A stretch of DNA of 64,000 bases from a virus (lineage: Duplodnaviria; Caudoviricetes): positions 26,026-90,025 of the IMG/VR virus record IMGVR_UViG_3300026177_000194; one strand, 5' to 3'. A model generated the notes under the pieces. The model was given only the letters and a program-made list of their open reading frames with translations. It ran no database searches and had not been told where the DNA came from. Within the stretch, counting starts at the first letter, position 1. The number at the start of each line of letters is the position of its first letter. Shown piece after piece: positions 36,052 through 44,721 of this stretch. A program made the position numbers and the translations under genes.

Positions 36052-37043
36052 AACTCAATATTTTTTTTACATATTTCATCCATAGAAAACATATTCAAAT
36101 TATCAATTAAATCTTTTTTTAAATCTTCATATCTTTTATCAGCTACCATAAAAACTCTTAAAAATGTTCTATCATTAAATTGTGCAACACCATATTTTTT
36201 ATAATAAGTTAATAATCTTGTAGAATCTTTTAAGAGCAATGGTGTTCCAGATGTTAATATTTCAGTAATAACTCTTGGACACCCATCTAAAGAATTTGAT
36301 GAAACAATTCCAAATTTACTCTGATTCAATACGTTGTTAATTTCAGATCTTTCTAATTGACCTAAAAATTCAATATTTGTTATATTTTTTTCTTTACATA
36401 ATTGAATTCCAATTTCTTTTTTATTTCCAATATGACAAATTTTTAAATTTTGTAAAAATGAGTTTTTTACAATTTCAGTAATTATAAAATCAAATCCTTT
36501 ATATTTTAATTGCGTAAAATTTGAAATAATACATAAATCATATTTTTTATTTAGATTTAAAGGTTTAAAAACATTTGGATTGGTCGTTTTATAAAAAGGT
36601 ATTGAATTTAAAACTTTGTCTCTTTCATCCTCAATTAATATTTTATCGTAAATTCCCCCATATTGTGGTAATAATCTTTTACCAGCTGCTAGATACAATT
36701 TTAATCCAAAGAATTTAGGATTTCTTTTTGTTATTTCACAATATTCTTTAAACCCACCTCGAAAAAATGTTATGTCAGGTTTATCATATTTAAAAACTTC
36801 ATTAAAATTATTAACCCATTTTTGAATAAATTTCTTTCCATTAATATTAAATATTATATCATTATGATTTGTATTAGTTAATCTCCAAATTATAATTTCA
36901 TCAAAATAATTGTTTTCTAAGAACCATGTACCTTGTGTTAAATAAAAGTCATGACATTTTTGTTTAAACTCATCTAGTTCATTATACTTATGATAATATT
37001 CTAGATTAGTCAAGTTTGTTCTGAAAATATATAATTTTCTCAT
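36042..37043 (-). CDS. Glycosyltransferase (GT4-like)
   Basis: [18 protein letters not shown]. Confidence 0.75.
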   Translation of the reverse strand: MRKLYIFRTNLTNLEYYHKYNELDEFKQKCHDFYLTQGTWFLENNYFDEIIIWRLTNTNHNDIIFNINGKKFIQKWVNNFNEVFKYDKPDITFFRGGFKEYCEITKRNPKFFGLKLYLAAGKRLLPQYGGIYDKILIEDERDKVLNSIPFYKTTNPNVFKPLNLNKKYDLCIISNFTQLKYKGFDFIITEIVKNSFLQNLKICHIGNKKEIGIQLCKEKNITNIEFLGQLERSEINNVLNQSKFGIVSSNSLDGCPRVITEILTSGTPLLLKDSTRLLTYYKKYGVAQFNDRTFLRVFMVADKRYEDLKKDLIDNLNMFSMDEICKKNIELWR

Positions 37044-37606
37044 TTACAATTCTCGCAAACAACATAATCTCTTCCATAATTTTTTCCGCATTTACAAATC
37101 ATCCATTTATAAATAGCGGGATTTCCGACTACAACTTCATTTTTTCCAACATTTTTTGTAACAACAGCACCTGCTGCAACTAAAGAATACTCACCAATTA
37201 TATGACCACAAACAATAGTAGCATTAGCTCCAATAGAACAACCTTTTTTTAATATTGTCTGTTTAAATTCATTTTTTCTAGATATAGTTGACCTTGGATT
37301 CAAAACATTTGTAAATACTGCTGATGGTCCAATAAAAACATCATTCTCTACAATAAGTCCTTCGTATAAAGAAACATTGTTTTGTATTTTTACATTGTCC
37401 CCAATTATAACGTTTGGACCAATAGATACGTTCTGACCAATAGAACAATTTTTTCCAATTTTTGTATTTGATAGAATGTGTGTAAAGTGCCAAATTTTAG
37501 TTCCCTCTCCTATTTCAACATTGTTATCAATATAACTCGACTCATGAACAAAATATGGTTTTTCTTTTTTAAAAAGTTTTTTGATTTTATCCAACCATTT
37601 TTTCAA
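37040..37606 (-). CDS. WbpD/WlbB-like sugar N-acetyltransferase (left-handed beta-helix)
   Basis: [13 protein letters not shown]...IGQNV...[11 protein letters not shown]...[10 protein letters not shown]. Confidence 0.85.
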   Translation of the reverse strand: MKKWLDKIKKLFKKEKPYFVHESSYIDNNVEIGEGTKIWHFTHILSNTKIGKNCSIGQNVSIGPNVIIGDNVKIQNNVSLYEGLIVENDVFIGPSAVFTNVLNPRSTISRKNEFKQTILKKGCSIGANATIVCGHIIGEYSLVAAGAVVTKNVGKNEVVVGNPAIYKWMICKCGKNYGRDYVVCENCK

Positions 37607-37620
37607 AATGCAATCCTTTC

Positions 37621-37815
37621 TTAATTTAAAAATTTCTTAACACTTACCTTTTCAACAATTTGAGTTGGAGTCATTATTGTATCTTCTGGAATAACAAAAG
37701 GTTCACACCAACAATCAATTCCATCTAAATGTGATCCTGGTAAATTTCTATGTATAATCAAAAATCCTGGTTCCTCGTCTTTTTCATTTTCCATTACCAC
37801 CCCCAACCAAATCAA
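37621..37815 (-). CDS. Small hypothetical protein (H...DCWCEP motif)
   Basis: 64-aa ORF between sugar genes. Confidence 0.5.
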   Translation of the reverse strand: MIWLGVVMENEKDEEPGFLIIHRNLPGSHLDGIDCWCEPFVIPEDTIMTPTQIVEKVSVKKFLN

Positions 37816-38524
37816 CTAAATCATTTGGTTTAAACTCAATTTGTTTTCCTAGTATATCATACCCATGTCCATATATTAACCCCGCTTTTTCCATTAACCA
37901 ATTTAAAAACATGGTATCTTTAGGTTTAATTCCTTTATTATTAAAACATATATCATGATACATTTTTACATATAAATTATTCATATCTACAGAATTTAAA
38001 TCAAATTCATCTATTTGTCTTATTTGTTTTCCTTCTGGAATTACTAATCCAGAAAATCTCGCATCTAATTTAATTGCTAAATCAAGATAATGTATAAATA
38101 ATAATGGAAAAACTCCACCTGTTGACTGAATGTCACCTTTCCAAGATTTAAAATATTTTTCATCCCTAACCATAACAACTTTTATTAAGTTAGCTTTTTT
38201 TGGAAAATTATCTAGCCAATTAAATTGTAAAACAACATTTATATCATCATTATCTATAATCGGGTTCCAACTTAATTGTTGGGGTTTTTCAACTATTACT
38301 TTTCTATTATTTTTTAATGCTAATTTTATATGTTCATAATGATAATTAGATGGACTACAAATAACAGTATAATCAAAATCATATCTAAATAAATTTTCTA
38401 TATTTTGCAAATTAGATAATAATGGATCATATGTTTGAACTAATTCTCCACCAATTTCATTTATAGCATTAATATGTCTTTCTGATATTTTTCCTTTTCC
38501 AATTAAACCAAAAGTTATCGCCAT
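37784..38524 (-). CDS. Gfo/Idh/MocA oxidoreductase (WbpB/WlbA-like)
   Basis: FGLIGKGKISERHINAI, ICSPSNYH..H, VEKP, IHYLD. Confidence 0.8.
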   Translation of the reverse strand: MAITFGLIGKGKISERHINAINEIGGELVQTYDPLLSNLQNIENLFRYDFDYTVICSPSNYHYEHIKLALKNNRKVIVEKPQQLSWNPIIDNDDINVVLQFNWLDNFPKKANLIKVVMVRDEKYFKSWKGDIQSTGGVFPLLFIHYLDLAIKLDARFSGLVIPEGKQIRQIDEFDLNSVDMNNLYVKMYHDICFNNKGIKPKDTMFLNWLMEKAGLIYGHGYDILGKQIEFKPNDLVDLVGGGNGK

Positions 38525-38537
38525 TCTAGTACCTCAG

Positions 38538-39224
38538 TTAAATTATTTTTGCTTCTTCTTTTCTAAAATTCTTAACCTTCTTTAAAGTAACTTCCATACA
38601 TTTTAACCCAATTATTGATAAAGAATGTAAAGTTATGTAACCAGCATTATAAACATTTCTATTCAAATCAATATTCGGAATATTTCTAAATTTTTTATGA
38701 GCTATTGTATATTTTTTCTGTATGTTATTTTCAATTAAATGATTAAAAAATATTTTTCTAATATCTTCAATTCTATATTCACCATATAAATCAACTTTTA
38801 AATGAAAAGCTTTTTTACCACTAAACCGAATTTGTAAATCCTTTGTAAATTTTGCTTTTTCCATTATATTATGAATATCAATTATTGCATCTTTAGCCTT
38901 ATCAAAATTATCAGTATCTATATCAATAATTCCATAATTAGAATATTTATCCATTACAGAATGAAAACTTAATGTTCTTCCACTAACAATTGTATTATAA
39001 TCAGTTGGTGTTAATCTTATTAAACCTTTAGATTTGTTTTTTCTTATTACTATAGTCTTATTTAAACTTGTTGCAAAGAATACAATTAATGTTTTTCCTA
39101 AAGTTTCTTTTAAAAGATTTCTGCGATTTTGTTGATAATAATTCCAAATATCAACCTCTTTTAAACCACCCGGATAATACTCGTTTTTAACAATTATTTC
39201 ATATGGATTTTTTGGATAGGACAT
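38538..39224 (-). CDS. Archaeo-eukaryotic primase (LigD polymerase-domain-like) protein
   Basis: IIDIDTD (DxD), FSGKKAFH, NIDLNRN...HSL. Confidence 0.6.
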   Translation of the reverse strand: MSYPKNPYEIIVKNEYYPGGLKEVDIWNYYQQNRRNLLKETLGKTLIVFFATSLNKTIVIRKNKSKGLIRLTPTDYNTIVSGRTLSFHSVMDKYSNYGIIDIDTDNFDKAKDAIIDIHNIMEKAKFTKDLQIRFSGKKAFHLKVDLYGEYRIEDIRKIFFNHLIENNIQKKYTIAHKKFRNIPNIDLNRNVYNAGYITLHSLSIIGLKCMEVTLKKVKNFRKEEAKII

Positions 39225-39316
39225 GAAGATTCATCCTTTTTATTTTTGTTCATATTTTCAAAAATTTTATCTAAAAATTTTTCAGTATAGATGTAATTAC
39301 TACATATATTAATAAT

Positions 39317-39462
39317 TGAATGGAGGGAGAATGTTGATTTAGTTTTTCTTGCTGGGAGAATAGTTAATGATTATCCAGAAAATCATTGATGAAAAAACTT
39401 AAATCAAGAGGTCTCACCCCCGAGGGGGTTAATTCCAAGGTTCGAATCCTTGACTCCATTCA
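39317..39462 (+). ncRNA. tRNA-like structured RNA
   Basis: 9-bp terminal stem tgaatggag/ctccattca; T arm caagg-TTCGAAT-ccttg; acccc-cgag-ggggt arm; long ttgatttagttttt/aaaaaacttaaatcaa stem; follows the promoter motif. Confidence 0.6.
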
Positions 39463-39526
39463 TTTATTAGTATGTAACTGAGAAAAATAAAAACCAAACT
39501 CCATTGGTCTCAACTCAGTTTACATA

Positions 39527-39573
39527 AAAGATCCATCCTAAGATAACATCAAGCGGGTGGATCTTTCTCTTTT
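39527..39573 (+). terminator. Intrinsic terminator
   Basis: aaagatccatcc pairs with gggtggatcttt, followed by a T-rich tail. Confidence 0.65.
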
Positions 39574-39630
39574 GATTTTGAAGGGATATATAAATATATC
39601 CCATAAATATAATAAAAGAAGGAGGGTGTC

Positions 39631-40314
39631 ATGAACACAATTAAAAACATTTTTAAGATGTATATTGAAGTTTTCAAACAGATTACTTTGAAGGGAAGAA
39701 TGTCAAGAAAGGATTATTGGACATTCTTTATTATTAACGTTGTAATCAGTTTCAGTTTGGATTTTATCTCCAATGAAGTATATCGCATTTTCCTGGGAGT
39801 TTCAATTCTTCCCGGATTCTGTGCTGGGTGGAGAAGAATTCAAGACGCAGGCTACAAGGGTTGGTTTATCTTAATTCCAGTTGTTGGGTTTATAACTTTA
39901 TTCTTTAAGAGAAAGGAAGAAGTTGAAATTGGAGTTAAGATATTCACAAATAACTTTCCTGAAGTTCCTTGGTTGGAAAATGCTAATGCTAATCAAGTAA
40001 CAAATTTCCTTCTTAGTGATTGTGGATGTTCCTTTACAAATAATGGTTCCGGAGAATTAGTAAAGGGAGATAAATGTATTTGGTATCTTGGACTTTCTGA
40101 TAAATTTGGGAAGTTGAGATATAAGGATCAAGTCATCGAATGGGGATTTAATGAAGCAGATTTTAACATTGTTGAATCTTTCGTTCAGGTGATGTATCTT
40201 GATGGCTTCCTGAATAAACATCAGAATCGTCTTTTAAATGAAGCGATTGAGGAAGGGAGGAAGATTAAATCCATTTATGAGATTGGTGACTATTTAAAAA
40301 ATAAACAAATCTAA
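39631..40314 (+). CDS. DUF805-like membrane domain fused to an unknown C-terminal domain
   Basis: KGRMSRKDYWTF...WRRIQDAGYKGWFILIP. Confidence 0.7.
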   Translation: MNTIKNIFKMYIEVFKQITLKGRMSRKDYWTFFIINVVISFSLDFISNEVYRIFLGVSILPGFCAGWRRIQDAGYKGWFILIPVVGFITLFFKRKEEVEIGVKIFTNNFPEVPWLENANANQVTNFLLSDCGCSFTNNGSGELVKGDKCIWYLGLSDKFGKLRYKDQVIEWGFNEADFNIVESFVQVMYLDGFLNKHQNRLLNEAIEEGRKIKSIYEIGDYLKNKQI

Positions 40315-40336
40315 AACAAAAAATAGGGGGTGCAAA

Positions 40337-40489
40337 ATGTACAAGATTGCGGGAAAACATCTTCAGTGGTTAGCAAAGTCGATTTGTTATTCAAAAACGT
40401 CACGCTCATCAAAAGACAAAACCCCGGTTAAGTACGGGACGAAAGTCGTGAAGAAAGTTAATGGTGTTTTGGTCCCTGTCTCTGCCTGA
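40337..40489 (+). CDS. Small basic hypothetical protein (50 aa)
   Basis: Hand translation MYKIAGKHLQW...LVPVSA; GGGGG SD; followed by a hairpin. Confidence 0.5.
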   Translation: MYKIAGKHLQWLAKSICYSKTSRSSKDKTPVKYGTKVVKKVNGVLVPVSA

Positions 40490-40550
40490 GAAAAATAAAA
40501 AGGAGACACTACATCTCCTTTTTTAATAAATTTTAATGGAGGTCAATTAA

Positions 40551-40739
40551 ATGGACATGTCCCAAAAAACGGTAGCTAATTGGGTTGACTGGTGTCGGTA
40601 TATCAGAAAAATTCTTCCGGACCAGAAGTTTAATATCAAGTTTGCTGGTTATCAGTGGCAGCTTTATTGGTCTGGAGAAAGAGGTTCTGTCATGTGGGAT
40701 CTCGCCATCTATCTGATGGATAAATATGGATATGAATAG
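40551..40739 (+). CDS. Trp-rich hypothetical protein
   Basis: 62 aa; GGAGG SD. Confidence 0.6.
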   Translation: MDMSQKTVANWVDWCRYIRKILPDQKFNIKFAGYQWQLYWSGERGSVMWDLAIYLMDKYGYE

Positions 40740-40744
40740 GAGCT

Positions 40745-41839
40745 TTAAAGCTCCTTTTTTGCCGATTTTATTTTTTCTAAAATTTTTTGTCCAGTTTTTC
40801 CATCTCCATATAAATTTTGATTAAAATTATTATTATCAACTATAAATTTTTCAAATGCTTCAATTATTTTATTTTCATTTAATCCTGTTAATACATTCAT
40901 ATCTGTTGATAATAGTTCTATCCATTCTGTTTGATTTCTTAAAGTTATACATGGTGTTTTTGCAAAATATGCTTCTTTTTGTATCCCTCCAGAATCTGTC
41001 AAAATAATTTTAGCATTAATTTCTAATTCGATCATTTCTATATAAGATACTGGAGTAATAAAAATAATATTTTCAAAATCTTGAAATATAAAAGAATTTT
41101 TTTCTAAAAATATTTTGATTCTAGGGTGCATTGGAAAAACAAAACTATAATTATATTTTTTTGATAATTTATTTATAGTTAATAATATTGAATATACCTT
41201 TTTAAAATCATCAGTATTTTCTTGTCTATGTAAAGTTAATAAACAATATCTTTTTGGTTTTAATGCTAAAAGATTTAAAGGTGAATCTTCTTTATATGTT
41301 TGTTTATATTTTAAAAAAGAATCATACATTATATCTCCAACTAATTCTACATTTTTGGTAATTCCCTCTTGTCTTAGATTTTCAATCGCTACAGTAGTTG
41401 GACAAAATAAATAATCTGAAATATGATCTGTTAATTTTCTATTTATTTCTTCCGGCATCTTTTTATAAAAAGATCTTAAACCTGCTTCAATATGACAAAC
41501 AGGAATGTTTAATTTTGAAGATACCAATGCTCCTGCCAATGTCGAATTCGTATCACCATAAACTAAAACTAAATCAGGATTTTCAATTAATAAAATCTTT
41601 TCAATTTCTTCCATCATTCTTCCAGTCATTGCTCCATGTGATAAACTGGAAATGTTTAAATTATATTTTGGTTTTGGAATTTCTAATTCACTAAAGAAAA
41701 TATCAGACATCATTAAATCAAAATGTTGTCCGGTATGAATAATTATTTCTTCTATATCTGGATCTTTATTAATTAAATTAGATAATGCAGAAGCCTTAAT
41801 AAACTGAGGTCTTGCTCCCAGAATTGTTATAATTTTCAT
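40745..41839 (-). CDS. wecB: UDP-N-acetylglucosamine 2-epimerase (WecB/WbpI-like)
   Basis: GARPQFIK, HTGQH, GDTNST, HIEAGLRS, PEEINR, TDSGGIQKEA. Confidence 0.9.
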   Translation of the reverse strand: MKIITILGARPQFIKASALSNLINKDPDIEEIIIHTGQHFDLMMSDIFFSELEIPKPKYNLNISSLSHGAMTGRMMEEIEKILLIENPDLVLVYGDTNSTLAGALVSSKLNIPVCHIEAGLRSFYKKMPEEINRKLTDHISDYLFCPTTVAIENLRQEGITKNVELVGDIMYDSFLKYKQTYKEDSPLNLLALKPKRYCLLTLHRQENTDDFKKVYSILLTINKLSKKYNYSFVFPMHPRIKIFLEKNSFIFQDFENIIFITPVSYIEMIELEINAKIILTDSGGIQKEAYFAKTPCITLRNQTEWIELLSTDMNVLTGLNENKIIEAFEKFIVDNNNFNQNLYGDGKTGQKILEKIKSAKKEL

Positions 41840-42771
41840 AATTTCTCATACTCTCTGAACCAGTTAACAAATTTTTTAATACCATCTTCAAAGTCTACTT
41901 TTGGTTCAAACCCTAATATTTTTCTAGATTTAGTTAGATCAGGATTAGCTTCAACTATATCACCATCCTGCATCGGCTCATATTCTTTCTTAGGTTTTAT
42001 TCCTAAATAATTGGATATACAATCAACAGAATAATCGATATCTACTAATTTATCAGATCCTAAATTAAACTTTTCAATATTTCCATCTGAGGTCATTGTA
42101 GATATTATTCCAGGAATTAAATCATCAATGTATGTCCATGATCTTTTATTTTTTCCATAGTTAAAAACTTTAATTGGTTCATCTTTTAAAATTCCTTCTG
42201 TCCATTTCCATAGAGACAGATCTGGTCTTCCCCAAGGTCCATATACAGAAAAGAATCGCAATCCAACGGACTTTAATCCAAACATTTCAAAATATGAATC
42301 CGCTATAGATTCTGCTGAGATTTTAGTTGCACCATATAAACTAATTGGTTCTGATAAATTCATACTTTCATTCCATGGTATTTTATTCTTTCCATATACT
42401 GAAGCAGAGGAAGCATATATAAATCTTTCACATTCACATTTTTTTGCAAAATCAATTAATCTAAATGATCCAACAATATTTGAATTAATATATGATTCAG
42501 GATTTATTAAACTATATCTAACTCCAGCTTGTGCTGCTAAATGAATAATTAAATCAACTTTTGGTAATATTGAATATATCTTTTCATCTTCAATATTGCC
42601 ACTTAAAACATCAACATCATTTCTTATTAGTTTATATCTATCATATTTTATTTGAGGATCATAGTAATCATTAAAATTATCAATTCCAATAACTTCATGT
42701 CCTAATTCTAATAATTTTAAACAGGTATGAACTCCAATAAATCCACATGAACCACTAACTAAGATTTTCAT
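41836..42771 (-). CDS. NAD-dependent nucleotide-sugar epimerase (UDP-glucuronate 4-epimerase-like)
   Basis: GSCGFIG, LAAQAGVRYS, YASSASVYG, YGATK, RFFSVYGPWGRPD. Confidence 0.9.
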   Translation of the reverse strand: MKILVSGSCGFIGVHTCLKLLELGHEVIGIDNFNDYYDPQIKYDRYKLIRNDVDVLSGNIEDEKIYSILPKVDLIIHLAAQAGVRYSLINPESYINSNIVGSFRLIDFAKKCECERFIYASSASVYGKNKIPWNESMNLSEPISLYGATKISAESIADSYFEMFGLKSVGLRFFSVYGPWGRPDLSLWKWTEGILKDEPIKVFNYGKNKRSWTYIDDLIPGIISTMTSDGNIEKFNLGSDKLVDIDYSVDCISNYLGIKPKKEYEPMQDGDIVEANPDLTKSRKILGFEPKVDFEDGIKKFVNWFREYEKL

Positions 42772-42824
42772 ATTTTACTCCACATAATCCATTATAAAAA
42801 CTATTACTAAATATATTATTTTTT

Positions 42825-42960
42825 GAGAGAGGAGGTTTATTAAAGGTATAAGTTTTGATATGGCGCGAAACGTATCAAAATGAAAGCCTGCTGTTCGCGC
42901 AGTTCAAGGCTTCGTAGACAGATGCTTATTGCGCTGGATACGAAGCCTTACTCCTCTTTC
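42825..42960 (+). ncRNA. GC-rich structured RNA with a predicted pseudoknot
   Basis: 10-bp closing stem, two internal stems and a 7-bp loop-linker pairing; begins right after the promoter motif at 42805-42826. Confidence 0.65.
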
Positions 42961-42977
42961 ATTATTAATATTAGAGA

Positions 42978-44126
42978 TCAAGTAAATACTTGATCTCTAA
43001 TCTTCTTTAAAACATCAATAACATAATCAATTTCTTCTCGTTTCAATTTATAAAACATTGGTAATCTAATTGATCTATTATAAACATCTTTTGAAATTTC
43101 ACAATTATCATCTAGATTATTATAACAAGGCTGAATATAAGAACAATAGGTTCCAATCTGACATTGTATACCATTATCTTTTAATAATTGTATTAACTTA
43201 TTTCTATTTACAACTGGAGTAACTAAACAACTATATCCTTGAAAATTGTGAATATTTCCTTTCCCTTTTCTAGTATATGGTGCTTTAATATAATCAATTT
43301 CTTTTAACCTTTTGTTCCAATATCTAGCTAAAGCATTTTTCTTTTTAATAATTTTATCTAATTTTCTAAATTGTGCAATTCCAACTGCAGCAGCTAAATC
43401 ACTAAGTTTATAGTTAAATCCAATATTTTCAAATACCGGAATTTCAAATTCTTTACTATTTTCTCTACTCCAAGTATTCAATCCAAACGTTCCAAAACTT
43501 CTCGCTCTTAAAGCTATATCATCATCATTAGTTACTAGAAGTCCACCTTCTCCAACCCCAACACCTTTGGTTGCGTGCATTGAAAAGCATCCTATTTTTC
43601 CAATGGTTCCACAATATTGTCCTTTATATTTTGATCCCATAGCACAAGCGGCATCTTCAATTACCGGAATATTTTTTTTGTTTGCAATCTTCATAATTTT
43701 ATCCATATCTGCAGCTTGACCAAAAGTATGAACTACTATAATAGCTTTTGTCTTCTTTTTATTTATTTTCTTCTTTAAATCTTTATAATCCATATTATAA
43801 GTTTTTGGTTCTATATCAACAAAAACTGGTTTCATTCCACAATACTTTACTGAGTGTCCTGTTGCTGGATATGTATAATCCGCAACTAATATTTCCGGTT
43901 CTTCATCCTCTCTAGTTATAATTCCCAATCCAATTAAAGCTAAATGTAATGCAGTAGTACATGAAGAACAACATATAACATGTTTAACTCCCAGATATTC
44001 AGAAACCATTTTTTCTAATTCAATATTCTTTGGACCTTTTGTTAACCAACCAGTTTCTAATACTTTTTTAATTTCAATTAATTCATTTTTATCAATCCAT
44101 AATCTGCTCAATGGTACTTTTCTCAT
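42978..44126 (-). CDS. DegT/DnrJ/EryC1/StrS sugar aminotransferase (WbpE-like)
   Basis: SSCTTALHLAL, VHTFG, IEDAACA, FSMHATK..GVGEGG, GFNYKLSD. Confidence 0.9.
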   Translation of the reverse strand: MRKVPLSRLWIDKNELIEIKKVLETGWLTKGPKNIELEKMVSEYLGVKHVICCSSCTTALHLALIGLGIITREDEEPEILVADYTYPATGHSVKYCGMKPVFVDIEPKTYNMDYKDLKKKINKKKTKAIIVVHTFGQAADMDKIMKIANKKNIPVIEDAACAMGSKYKGQYCGTIGKIGCFSMHATKGVGVGEGGLLVTNDDDIALRARSFGTFGLNTWSRENSKEFEIPVFENIGFNYKLSDLAAAVGIAQFRKLDKIIKKKNALARYWNKRLKEIDYIKAPYTRKGKGNIHNFQGYSCLVTPVVNRNKLIQLLKDNGIQCQIGTYCSYIQPCYNNLDDNCEISKDVYNRSIRLPMFYKLKREEIDYVIDVLKKIRDQVFT

Positions 44127-44718
44127 TTTTTCTCTCCTTCACATATGTTTTAAATAGAAATAATTTATGATGAGGTTTTCCTTTTTTAATCATTTGGTTT
44201 TTTTCTTCTGTAAATTGTACTACATCTGAATATCTTTCTTCAACTTTGTTTTGATTTTCAAACCATCTAACATGACCATGACCAGAAATATTTGGAACAG
44301 AAAAAATAAATAAAGAATTTTCTGGAATACATTTAATAATTTCTTTATCATTTTCTATATGTTCTAATACTTCAAAACAAACAAAAACATTTCCTTTTTT
44401 AATAATTTTTTTTGGCACTTTATCTGTTATTAAATTTCCACATATAAATCTATATTCTGGAAATCTTTCCTTTGCTCTATCGATCGCTTTTTCTGAAAAA
44501 TCTATTCCAACATATTTCTTAAAACCAAACTGTTTTAAGTATTTTGCAAATGCTCCAATACCACAACCAATATCAATAATTGGTTCATCTAATGAAATAT
44601 TATTTTTAATTAACATAACACATGCTGAAGTATATAATTCATCATATCTGTGTTCACTTTTTTCCATATCAATAATATTTTTATCATAAAAAATAGATGG
44701 TTTTTCTAAAGATTTCAA
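44092..44718 (-). CDS. Class I SAM-dependent methyltransferase
   Basis: IDIGCGIG, GIDFSE, EVLEHI. Confidence 0.85.
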   Translation of the reverse strand: MKSLEKPSIFYDKNIIDMEKSEHRYDELYTSACVMLIKNNISLDEPIIDIGCGIGAFAKYLKQFGFKKYVGIDFSEKAIDRAKERFPEYRFICGNLITDKVPKKIIKKGNVFVCFEVLEHIENDKEIIKCIPENSLFIFSVPNISGHGHVRWFENQNKVEERYSDVVQFTEEKNQMIKKGKPHHKLFLFKTYVKERKNEKSTIEQIMD

Positions 44719-44721
44719 TTA

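Noticed and set aside
39317-39462. tmRNA or tRNA-Sec
   Set aside because: Far too short for tmRNA, with no tag ORF or G3:U70 pair; no UCA anticodon arm or free CCA end.
42881-42994. 37-codon ORF across the structured RNA
   Set aside because: The nearest SD-like sequence is about 45 nt away and is part of the closing stem; extensive pairing explains the sequence better.
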